Below are positions 47,532 through 55,542 of a DNA stretch of 64,000 nucleotides, piece after piece. A model generated the notes under the pieces. It was not told the origin of the DNA, searched no databases, and saw only the letters and a list, made by a program, of their open reading frames with translations. The stretch lies in contig JANXZU010000032.1 in assembly GCA_025355345.1 (NCBI GenBank), forward strand, positions 81-64,080, written 5' to 3'. Made by a program: the position numbers and the translations under genes. Within the stretch, counting starts at the first letter, position 1, and each line of letters opens with the position of its first letter. The DNA is from Syntrophaceae bacterium. GTDB taxonomy: Bacteria > Desulfobacterota > Syntrophia > Syntrophales > Smithellaceae.

Positions 47532-47789
47532 CTAAGGCTTGTATTTGCTTAGCTCTCCGATAATCCATTTATCGATATCTTCGCCAATGAGCACATCCCG
47601 ATAATCATTCCTGGCCAGCATGACTGTGGCTTTCAACTTTTGAATTGATCCTCTTGAAATAATAACTGCATCACGTCTTACTCTTTCTTCTTCCCTATGC
47701 CATGATTCTGTGCCGTAGCCAGATAATATATCCATGACTTCTGGAATTTGTTTTTCAGAGAAATATCTTTTAATCCAATCTTCTATCAT
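47532..47789 (-). CDS. hypothetical protein (85 aa)
   Basis: Clean ORF whose ATG overlaps the upstream stop (ATGA). No recognisable motif. Confidence 0.5.
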   Translation of the reverse strand: MIEDWIKRYFSEKQIPEVMDILSGYGTESWHREEERVRRDAVIISRGSIQKLKATVMLARNDYRDVLIGEDIDKWIIGELSKYKP

Positions 47790-48241
47790 CTGCCCTGAAG
47801 TGCGAAGTAAAGTAGAATAATTAGCACGATCACCATAATACTGATAATCAACGTTCGCGCAGAAGATGCTGGTTCGATCTTCTTCGGCGCTCCCATATTT
47901 GCTATACTGGTGGTTGGGTAGTTATCATGTCCTGTCCGCATGCCATTTATATCATCAGCTGTAATAATGTTAGACGAAGAGGTTACGGTTTCAGCCGCCT
48001 TTAACAATTTTTCGTATAGTTGGCGTACTTCCTGAGGCATCGCTTCAATGCTCTCATGTTCGGTGCCGTTGAAAATAATTTTAGTCTGAACCTTTGCAAG
48101 GTTTGCCGGGTGTGCTGAACCTACCTGAGAAACCATTGCCTTTTCAAAAGCATTACTTATATCAGGAGGCATTTCCTCGATCGAGCTGTATTCTTTTCCG
48201 TTAATTTTAAATTTGCGCTTAACATTTACATTAAAGTTCAT
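47786..48241 (-). CDS. hypothetical tail-anchored membrane protein with an internal duplicated motif
   Basis: (K/I)(I/F)NG(K/T)E(Y/H)(S/E)SIE(E/A)MP occurs twice, and there is a C-terminal TM helix. The GGAGGA Shine-Dalgarno sequence favours the ATG at 48241 over the track start at 48256. Confidence 0.5.
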   Translation of the reverse strand: MNFNVNVKRKFKINGKEYSSIEEMPPDISNAFEKAMVSQVGSAHPANLAKVQTKIIFNGTEHESIEAMPQEVRQLYEKLLKAAETVTSSSNIITADDINGMRTGHDNYPTTSIANMGAPKKIEPASSARTLIISIMVIVLIILLYFALQGR

Positions 48242-48260
48242 TAAATATTCCTCCATATTA

Positions 48261-48324
48261 GGACAACAAAACCTGAGCAGGAGCAGCCCAGCGGGCTGTG
48301 ATCGACTTTAGCGACTTGTTATCC
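48261..48324 (-). repeat. attC-like imperfect palindrome B
   Basis: Minus strand: GGATAAC-50 nt-GTTGTCC (the boxes are 6/7 complementary). Apical stem CAGCCC-gct-GGGCTG. 41/57 positions are identical to site A by hand alignment. Confidence 0.5.
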
Positions 48325-48819
48325 TTTTGCCAAGAACCCTTCATGAAACAAAACAATGCCTTTTGGAACCTTTTCGGTGAATGGCAAGGCAAAGAAAACT
48401 TCTTGAGGGACTCCCTCGCAAACTAGTTCCGGGATATTACGGAAACCTAACTGCTTGTAGTAGGCCGGATGACCCACAAGAACGCAACCTTGGCTACCCA
48501 ACTTTTTAAGTAAAGACAGCCCTTCACTGATCAGGGATTTCCCCATTCCTTTTTTTTGATACTCAGGCAATACAGAAACCGGGCCAAGGCCGTACCAGCC
48601 TATTGCACCGTCGGAAATTGTTACCGGCGAAAAAGCAATATGACCTAGCACCTGCCCATCAATCTCCGCGACCAGCGAAATAGTCAGCGCATTGGCATTT
48701 CGTAATGCGTTTACTATGAATTGTTCTGTGTGATTACTAATTGCAAGGGCACGGAAGGCCGCAATAGTAAGCTCAGATATTGCTTCAATATCTGAGCTTG
48801 TCTCATTCCTTATGATCAT
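48319..48819 (-). CDS. GNAT-family N-acetyltransferase
   Basis: Acetyl-CoA loop QKKGMGKSLI. The ATG at 48819 follows GGAG; the longer track ORF runs into the attC-like repeat. Confidence 0.8.
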   Translation of the reverse strand: MIIRNETSSDIEAISELTIAAFRALAISNHTEQFIVNALRNANALTISLVAEIDGQVLGHIAFSPVTISDGAIGWYGLGPVSVLPEYQKKGMGKSLISEGLSLLKKLGSQGCVLVGHPAYYKQLGFRNIPELVCEGVPQEVFFALPFTEKVPKGIVLFHEGFLAKG

Positions 48820-48855
48820 TTTAAACTCCGCATACTCACGAGTTATTAATTTGAT

Positions 48856-48920
48856 GGCTAATGAAAAGCTGAGCCGAAGCAGCCCATATGGCCGCAATCG
48901 GCTCTAGCCGCTCGTTAGCA
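48856..48920 (-). repeat. attC-like imperfect palindrome A
   Basis: Minus strand: TGCTAAC-...-ATTAGCC. Internal stem GCT[A]GAGCCGA..GC.GCC-atat-GGGC.GC.TCGGCTC-AGC with a bulged base. Confidence 0.5.
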
Positions 48921-48986
48921 GTTCTTTTCAATGCGCCCAGGGGAGATATGGCACTGGTCATAATCTACAATCATAAAATCCTGATG

Positions 48987-49238
48987 TTATTGTTTTAGAT
49001 TATCTTCTTTGTTTCGGGAGTAAGAGATTTTCTTTGTACCACCTTCACAAGAACCAACTATCTTTTGATCTTTAACCTGATCTGCCGGTAAAATCTCAAG
49101 GGTATATCCTTTTACGCCCTTCGCTATTAGCTTTGCATCAATTTCTGTCTTTAACTCCTCACACGATTTGATTTCAGCAAAAGCTGATGCACTGTATAAT
49201 ACCATTACCGATACGAGAAACAAAATGATCCTTTTCAT
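48987..49238 (-). CDS. small secreted DUF1161-like protein
   Basis: Signal peptide, then SCEELKTEIDAKLIAKGVKGYTLEI...GSCEGGTKKI (recalled DUF1161 pattern). Confidence 0.55.
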   Translation of the reverse strand: MKRIILFLVSVMVLYSASAFAEIKSCEELKTEIDAKLIAKGVKGYTLEILPADQVKDQKIVGSCEGGTKKISYSRNKEDNLKQ

Positions 49239-49259
49239 GCCTTACCTCCTTGGTTTGTT

Positions 49260-49266
49260 TGCTAAC
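49260..49266 (-). other. GTTAGCA box heading the first cassette
   Basis: Minus-strand GTTAGCA is followed by AAGGAGG and the ATG of the DUF1161-like ORF. It is a perfect complement of the TGCTAAC box of site A at that cassette's 3' end. A second GTTAGCA lies at 49369-49375. Confidence 0.4.
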
Positions 49267-49428
49267 AATTAATATATACACTTCCCTTTTTCAGATATTT
49301 TTATTATTTAAATAGCATAACTCCTTTTTTCTTAAAAGCAAAATATTGCATAATTATAAGCAAATATATGCTAACAGTCTCACGAATAATGTGGTAGTAA
49401 ACAAAAAAACTCGAAAAAATAATATTAC

Positions 49429-51000
49429 ATGACTAAAATAATCAAACCTGTTCAAATAGAGTTCAATCCGGAATTTACGCATGCCTTGGCACTTATGGAT
49501 GAATCAGGGAAGAGTTTGCTGATCACGGGCCGCGCGGGCACAGGCAAATCAACACTTTTGAACTATTTTCGTCAGAATTCAAAAAAGAAAGTAGTCATTC
49601 TCGCGCCAACCGGCGTGGCCGCCGTCAATGTTGGCGGCCAAACCATTCATTCTTTTTTCCATTTTAAACCGAATGTTACTCCTGCTTCCATCAAAAAGAA
49701 AAAGAGCACGGGCAAGGAAAAATCGACTATATACAAAAAACTGACTACCATTGTTATCGATGAAGTATCAATGGTGAGGGCTGATCTGCTGGATTGTGTG
49801 GATAAGTTTCTGCGTCTTAACGGCCCTGAGCCCAAGCAGCCCTTCGGCGGTGTGCAGATGATTTTCATCGGCGATCTCTACCAGTTACCGCCCGTTGTTG
49901 CCAGCCAGGAAAGGGAAATATTTAAAACGCATTATCCCACACCCTATTTTTTTAGCGCCAATGTGTTTGCCGAACTGGATTTGGAATTTATCGAACTGGA
50001 AAAAGTTTATCGTCAGAAAGACAATGAATTTGTCCGGCTGCTCAACACTATCCGCAATCGCTCCGTAACGGATGATGACCTGAAACTTTTCAACCAGCGC
50101 TGCGATCCACAGTTTGAAGCGCCACCCGGCACTTTCTATCTGTCTCTTACCAGTACAAATGCTTTGGCCGATGGCATCAATGAGCAACGCCTGGCTGAAT
50201 TGCCCGGCAAAGTCTGGATGGCCGAGGGTATTATAGAAGGTGATTTTGGTAAGGAATATCTGCCCACAGCAGTCGATCTGAATCTAAAAAAAGGCGCGCA
50301 GATTATGCTGCTTAATAACGATTCTCTGGGGCAGTGGGTAAATGGCACTGTCGGCAAAATTAGAAAGTTTGAAAAAGATGACGAAGGTGAAGACGTAATT
50401 GTGGCTGAGCTGGACAATGGCGATACGGCGCGCATTACACCTTATACCTGGAAAATCTACCGGTTCTTCCTAAAGAACGAAGAACTGCGTTCCGAAGAAG
50501 TAGGCTCCTTCCGCCAGTATCCTGTGCGACTGGCCTTTGCTGTTACTATCCACAAAAGTCAAGGCAAGACATTTGAAAATGTAGTCATCGATGTGGGCAA
50601 AGGCACATTTGCTCACGGCCAGATGTATGTTGCCCTTTCGCGCTGCACCACACTGGAAGGAATCGTTTTGAAGCAACCTTTAAGGAAAAGTCACATCCTG
50701 ATGGATTGGCAGGTAGTCAAATTCCTCACCGACATGCAATACGCCCGGGCAGCCAAATCGTGCAGCAGGGAAGACAAGTTGTTGATGATTGCCGAAGCAA
50801 TAGCGCAGAAAAGAAGTATCGAAATTATTTACTTGAAGGCAAAGGATGAAAAATCCCGCCGCTCAATTCGGCCACTTTTTATGGGTGAAATGGAATACAG
50901 CGGCCACCCCTACCTGGGGCTCGAGGCCTATTGTCTGGAACGTAAAGAAAAACGCCTTTTTAATGTGGATCGTATTTTAGAAATTACCGATGCATCCTGA
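49429..51000 (+). CDS. PIF1/RecD-family SF1 helicase with C-terminal WYL-like domain
   Basis: GRAGTGKST Walker A, IDEVSMV, and TIHKSQGKTF...YVALSR. The C-terminal IEIIYLKAKDEKSRRSIRP...LEAYCLERKEKRLFNVDRI resembles a WYL domain. Confidence 0.75.
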   Translation: MTKIIKPVQIEFNPEFTHALALMDESGKSLLITGRAGTGKSTLLNYFRQNSKKKVVILAPTGVAAVNVGGQTIHSFFHFKPNVTPASIKKKKSTGKEKSTIYKKLTTIVIDEVSMVRADLLDCVDKFLRLNGPEPKQPFGGVQMIFIGDLYQLPPVVASQEREIFKTHYPTPYFFSANVFAELDLEFIELEKVYRQKDNEFVRLLNTIRNRSVTDDDLKLFNQRCDPQFEAPPGTFYLSLTSTNALADGINEQRLAELPGKVWMAEGIIEGDFGKEYLPTAVDLNLKKGAQIMLLNNDSLGQWVNGTVGKIRKFEKDDEGEDVIVAELDNGDTARITPYTWKIYRFFLKNEELRSEEVGSFRQYPVRLAFAVTIHKSQGKTFENVVIDVGKGTFAHGQMYVALSRCTTLEGIVLKQPLRKSHILMDWQVVKFLTDMQYARAAKSCSREDKLLMIAEAIAQKRSIEIIYLKAKDEKSRRSIRPLFMGEMEYSGHPYLGLEAYCLERKEKRLFNVDRILEITDAS

Positions 51001-51261
51001 TTGATAACAAAGTTAATTATTCAACAATATTAATTTGTTAAATAAAATTAACCATATGCGCTGGTTAATCCTTCTAATGTGGTGCTTATTGCATTTTTTA
51101 ACAATTAGCCATTGATTTTACTGGTAAAATACTGATTTTCCTGATAATTACTGGTGGTTGGCATATTGTAATCAGCTCAAATTACATGAAATAGTAATTT
51201 CCGACGGATTATTTAATTTATTACATTTATTTATCATTTGCGAGGCATATAAATTACAGTT

Positions 51262-52455
51262 ATGAGTAACGTAGTAAATAAGCGACCAAAAGTAATGGCA
51301 GTATTTGGAACACGGCCGGAAGCGATCAAAATGGCACCGGTTGTGTTTCAACTTCAAAACAATCAAAATCATTTTGAATCAATTCTTGTTGCCACTGCTC
51401 AGCACAGGGAAATCCTGGATCAGGCTCTTTCCTTATTTAATATCAAACCTGATATTGATTTAAACTTAATGAATTCCCGTCAGGGTTTGCCGGCGCTGAC
51501 CAGCCGCGTATTGGAAAGTATGGAGACCACTTTAAATAATGTCAAACCGGATATAGTCCTGGTTCAGGGCGATACCACAACCGTCTTTGCCACAGCACTG
51601 GCTGCTTTTTACCAAAAAATTCCTGTGGCCCATGTAGAAGCGGGTTTGCGCAGCCACAATATTTACAGCCCCTTCCCTGAGGAGGTCAGCCGTCGTCTCA
51701 CTACTGTGATGACAAATATTCATTTTGCGCCTACACCGGGGGCCAGGCAGGAATTACTGAAAGAAGGCGTTGCAGCCGATAGAATTGTAGTCACGGGCAA
51801 TACAGTGGTTGACGCTTTGGTTCACATCTCAAAACAAGATTTTAATTTTGACAATACATCCCTAAAAAACATAGATTTTGATCGTCACAGATTGATACTG
51901 GTCACCTCCCACCGCCGCGAATCCTGGGGCACAGAATTGCAGAATATTTGTGAAGCAATCAAAGAGATAGTTAAATTATACCCTGACGTCATTGTTGTTT
52001 ACCCTGTACACCCAAACCCGGCTGTTCGAGATACTGTCAACAAAATTCTCCCCGGCCATGATCGGATACATCTTGTTGAACCACTGGATTATATGACTTT
52101 TGTCAACTTAATGAAAAAAGCTTATCTGTTGCTGACCGATTCCGGAGGCCTTCAGGAAGAAGCCCCTACATTAAAAAAGCCGTTGCTTCTTTTAAGGGAA
52201 ACAACCGAACGGCCGGAAGCTTTTGAAGCAGGGCTTTGCAAAATCATAGGTACTTCCCGTAATCGAATCGTTGAGGAGACCTCTTTGCTTTTAAACAATC
52301 AAGAAGGCTATCAAGCCATGATCAAGGCCGATAATCCTTATGGTGATGGACGTGCTGCCGAAAGAATTGTCCAGACGTTGATTAACTGGAATGCCGGTAA
52401 GAGCATATTATTAGAAGCTGTTGAAGAATTTAACCCCCGGGTAGGAAAAGCTTGA
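51262..52455 (+). CDS. wecB: non-hydrolysing UDP-N-acetylglucosamine 2-epimerase
   Basis: VFGTRPEAIKMAPV, VQGDTTT, HVEAGLRS and SGGLQEEAP motifs. Confidence 0.92.
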   Translation: MSNVVNKRPKVMAVFGTRPEAIKMAPVVFQLQNNQNHFESILVATAQHREILDQALSLFNIKPDIDLNLMNSRQGLPALTSRVLESMETTLNNVKPDIVLVQGDTTTVFATALAAFYQKIPVAHVEAGLRSHNIYSPFPEEVSRRLTTVMTNIHFAPTPGARQELLKEGVAADRIVVTGNTVVDALVHISKQDFNFDNTSLKNIDFDRHRLILVTSHRRESWGTELQNICEAIKEIVKLYPDVIVVYPVHPNPAVRDTVNKILPGHDRIHLVEPLDYMTFVNLMKKAYLLLTDSGGLQEEAPTLKKPLLLLRETTERPEAFEAGLCKIIGTSRNRIVEETSLLLNNQEGYQAMIKADNPYGDGRAAERIVQTLINWNAGKSILLEAVEEFNPRVGKA

Positions 52456-52466
52456 TAGCATTAATT

Positions 52467-53237
52467 ATGCAAGAATCATTAATATATTATCATCGCGCCT
52501 ACAGAAAAATTACAGGATCAGGCTGGATTTTTTTTCTTGAATTTATTCTCACAACAATCCCCTTGTCTATTATCATCCTTCTGATATATCCGGCAATCAC
52601 AGCGCAGATGAGCCTGCTCACATATAAATTTTTATTACCTTATTATTCACCCGATTCAATTTTCTTAGTTGAAAAAACGTTTATCCTGGGCAATGTTTCG
52701 ATTGTAACAGTTCCAGGATCTTATCCATCAGTAATGACATGCCTGCTTAATTTTATTGTTTGTCTAGCCATGGTTTTCCTTCTGCCCAAAACAAAAATAG
52801 GCAGAAACTTTGCCATCATCGCCGTCTTCTGGGCGATAATTAATTTAACATCTGTAATATTTTTTTCTGTAATACCTTTTGAATTTCCTTACACTGTAGA
52901 AGACTACTCCGAGCTTTATGTCAAATCGGAAGTAAGCATGTGGTTTTTTATTCCCTTTATTCTGGGAATTGCTTTTCTGCCGCTTCCTTCGTCCTTCATA
53001 CCTAAAATTGGTATAATAATTTTTACAGCTGCGTACTCCGTTGTTTTCGGAACATTGAGATATATAGTCTTTCTTTTTATTGTTTCCAAATACTCGGTAC
53101 TTTATATGGCTATATTATTCTTTTCTTTCGGGCCGCTGATTGATTTTGTTTATATAGTTGGCATTTATAGTTATTATACTTATTCTCTTGCCAAGAAGCT
53201 AAAAGGCGATGATTCAATATGGAAGTGGTTGTACTGA
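52467..53237 (+). CDS. polytopic membrane protein (about 8 TM), function unknown
   Basis: Hydrophobic throughout. The track start is TTG (52452) overlapping the wecB stop; the first ATG is at 52467. The topology is reminiscent of exosortase or acyltransferase-like proteins, but no diagnostic motif was confirmed. Confidence 0.5.
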   Translation: MQESLIYYHRAYRKITGSGWIFFLEFILTTIPLSIIILLIYPAITAQMSLLTYKFLLPYYSPDSIFLVEKTFILGNVSIVTVPGSYPSVMTCLLNFIVCLAMVFLLPKTKIGRNFAIIAVFWAIINLTSVIFFSVIPFEFPYTVEDYSELYVKSEVSMWFFIPFILGIAFLPLPSSFIPKIGIIIFTAAYSVVFGTLRYIVFLFIVSKYSVLYMAILFFSFGPLIDFVYIVGIYSYYTYSLAKKLKGDDSIWKWLY

Positions 53238-54514
53238 TTTTAAAAATTTATCTGGTTTTTACTATCTGTGTCATGCTGATTTATTCCGTCAGGCATTTCA
53301 CTTTTACGTTAAACAGGCTTTTCTTTGAGCAACGGGCTTACTATCAGGATATTGTTGATTCTGAGTTAAAAAAGGTAACCGTCATTATTCCCATGCACAA
53401 TGAAGAAAAAGTAGCGAGGCAGGTTCTGGATTTATTAGTTGTTGCCGACTATCCTGCTGACTCATTAGAACTCATACCCATCAATGATTTTTCATCTGAC
53501 GCAACTCAGGAAATATTGAATGAGTTTGCAAAACTGTATCCCTTCATTAAACCATTGCATCGCTATGAAGGCGCTCGTGGCAAACCCGCAGCGCTCAATG
53601 AAGCTATCGCACTGGCACAAGGAGAAATAATCATAGTTTTTGACGCGGATTACCTCCCGCCCCGAGGTATTATCAAAGACATTGCGGTTTCCTTTAGTGA
53701 TCCGGAAGTTGGCGCGGTTATGGGAAGAGTTATCCCGGTAAACACCGGCGCTAATCTTTTAACCAGACTTCTTGATCTGGAAAGAACCGGTGGCTATCAG
53801 GTTGATCAGCAGGCACGTTATAACCTGAAATTAGTTCCCCAATATGGAGGAACTGTAGGAGGTTTTCGCAAAGAATTTATCACCAGTATGGGAGGATTTG
53901 ATTCCAATATTCTGGCTGAGGATACGGAGCTAACCTATCGCCTGCTTGTTGGCGGATGGAAGGTAGTATACGCCAATCGGGCGGAGTGCTACGAAGAAGC
54001 GCCGGAAGACTGGGAGATCCGTGCACGTCAGGTCATGCGCTGGTCGCGCGGCCACACACAAGTAATGTTTAAGTATCTCTGGCCAATGCTTTCATCCGAA
54101 TTTTTATCCAGAAAGGAAAAACTTGACGGCACTATGCTGTTGTTTATTTACACTATACCCATTATCCTGCTGCTGGGATTATGTGATTCACTGGCTCTCT
54201 TCTTTCTGGGGGAAATGCATATTATCGCCGGCATGATCGCATTTATCTTTGTCGGCGCCTATAACACTTTTGGCAATTTCGCGCCTTTTTACCAAATTGG
54301 CATTGGATCACTGCTTGATGGCGCAACGGCTAGAATATTACTGCTCCCTTTCTTAATTTTTAACTTCTTTTTCAATACCTGGTATATGAGCAGAGGATTT
54401 GTGGACGCAATTATAGATATGATGACTGGCAGAATTGCTCCCTGGCAAAAAACCATACGCTACAGAACAAGTGGTACTGAAGTTGCTGAGCAAACAAAAG
54501 GAGTCACGCGGTAA
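53219..54514 (+). CDS. processive family-2 glycosyltransferase (PgaC/IcaA/cellulose-synthase-like)
   Basis: N-terminal TM helix, then VIIPMHNEE, FDADY, AEDTEL and the Q(V)xRW motif RQVMRWSRGH, followed by C-terminal TM helices. Confidence 0.88.
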   Translation: MEVVVLILKIYLVFTICVMLIYSVRHFTFTLNRLFFEQRAYYQDIVDSELKKVTVIIPMHNEEKVARQVLDLLVVADYPADSLELIPINDFSSDATQEILNEFAKLYPFIKPLHRYEGARGKPAALNEAIALAQGEIIIVFDADYLPPRGIIKDIAVSFSDPEVGAVMGRVIPVNTGANLLTRLLDLERTGGYQVDQQARYNLKLVPQYGGTVGGFRKEFITSMGGFDSNILAEDTELTYRLLVGGWKVVYANRAECYEEAPEDWEIRARQVMRWSRGHTQVMFKYLWPMLSSEFLSRKEKLDGTMLLFIYTIPIILLLGLCDSLALFFLGEMHIIAGMIAFIFVGAYNTFGNFAPFYQIGIGSLLDGATARILLLPFLIFNFFFNTWYMSRGFVDAIIDMMTGRIAPWQKTIRYRTSGTEVAEQTKGVTR

Positions 54515-54519
54515 TTGCT

Positions 54520-55542
54520 ATGGCCATTATTGTCGTATTTGCACTTTTATTATTGATGTTTATAATTCCCTTTCTTCCGGGCATTATTGAATATTACCGT
54601 AAAACAGATGCCGACCCTTTATTTGTAGCAATCGGATATTCCAAAGATCCCCGATATTTCAGTACATCTTTCAAACATATCCTCGCCAATTCTATTGAAG
54701 GGTTGAAACAAGGCCAAAGCACCGTGAATGTTAAACTTTCTAAAAGAGAAACCATCGAAATAACCGCCGATAGAATTATCCCCTCGGGAAATGAGATTGA
54801 TCATCTTCTTTACATCAAGGGCGATCTGACTTCCGGCAATCATGTAAAGTTAATGATGGATGTTTTCGCAACCGGCAATGTTTCTCTGGGCACAGATAAC
54901 ATTGTCCAGGTTCTTGCAGCGGAAGGAAATGTTAACATGGCCAAAGGTGTATCATTTAAGCGTTGGGTGGACGCTGATGGAAAACTTGATATTTCCGCCA
55001 ACTGTGATCTGGGCATTAGTGCGACAAGTGGGAATCTTCTTCGAATAGCCGGGAATTGCCGGTTTCGCCGTCTTTACGCTATGCCCATCGTCTCTGGAAT
55101 AATTAATGAACCATTAATAGGTGATTATGAAAATATTTTCCCCGCCAACAAAATGATTATGGATATTTCATTTGCGCGAGAAAAGAAAACTATTATCGAA
55201 GCCAATACTGAAATTAATCAAAATATGATTTTTATAAAATCAGTTGAAATCAGGAATGATTGCATATTCAGAGGCGCCATAAAATCTTATGGAAGCTTTA
55301 ATATTCTGGAGAATGTAACTATTTGTGGTAACGTCTTCGCTGATGGAGATATAAGGCTGGGAAATGGCACTGTCGTCCTTGGCAACATATTTTCACAAGG
55401 ATCGATATTTTTAGCCTCCGGAGCAAGGGTCGGACGCCCGAATATCATAAAATCAGTAATTGGTAAAAAAAATGTGACTATAGAAAAGGATGTGATCATT
55501 TATGGTTATGTTGCCACTGAAGGCGTCGGATTGACTATATGA
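54520..55542 (+). CDS. membrane-anchored bactofilin-like (polymer-forming beta-helix) protein
   Basis: N-terminal TM helix. Repeated G(N/D)(V/I)x(L/I)G / GN.F..G.I.L..G..V.G beta-helix segments (e.g. ICGNVFADGDIRLGNGTVVLGNIFSQGSIFLASGARVG). Confidence 0.6.
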   Translation: MAIIVVFALLLLMFIIPFLPGIIEYYRKTDADPLFVAIGYSKDPRYFSTSFKHILANSIEGLKQGQSTVNVKLSKRETIEITADRIIPSGNEIDHLLYIKGDLTSGNHVKLMMDVFATGNVSLGTDNIVQVLAAEGNVNMAKGVSFKRWVDADGKLDISANCDLGISATSGNLLRIAGNCRFRRLYAMPIVSGIINEPLIGDYENIFPANKMIMDISFAREKKTIIEANTEINQNMIFIKSVEIRNDCIFRGAIKSYGSFNILENVTICGNVFADGDIRLGNGTVVLGNIFSQGSIFLASGARVGRPNIIKSVIGKKNVTIEKDVIIYGYVATEGVGLTI

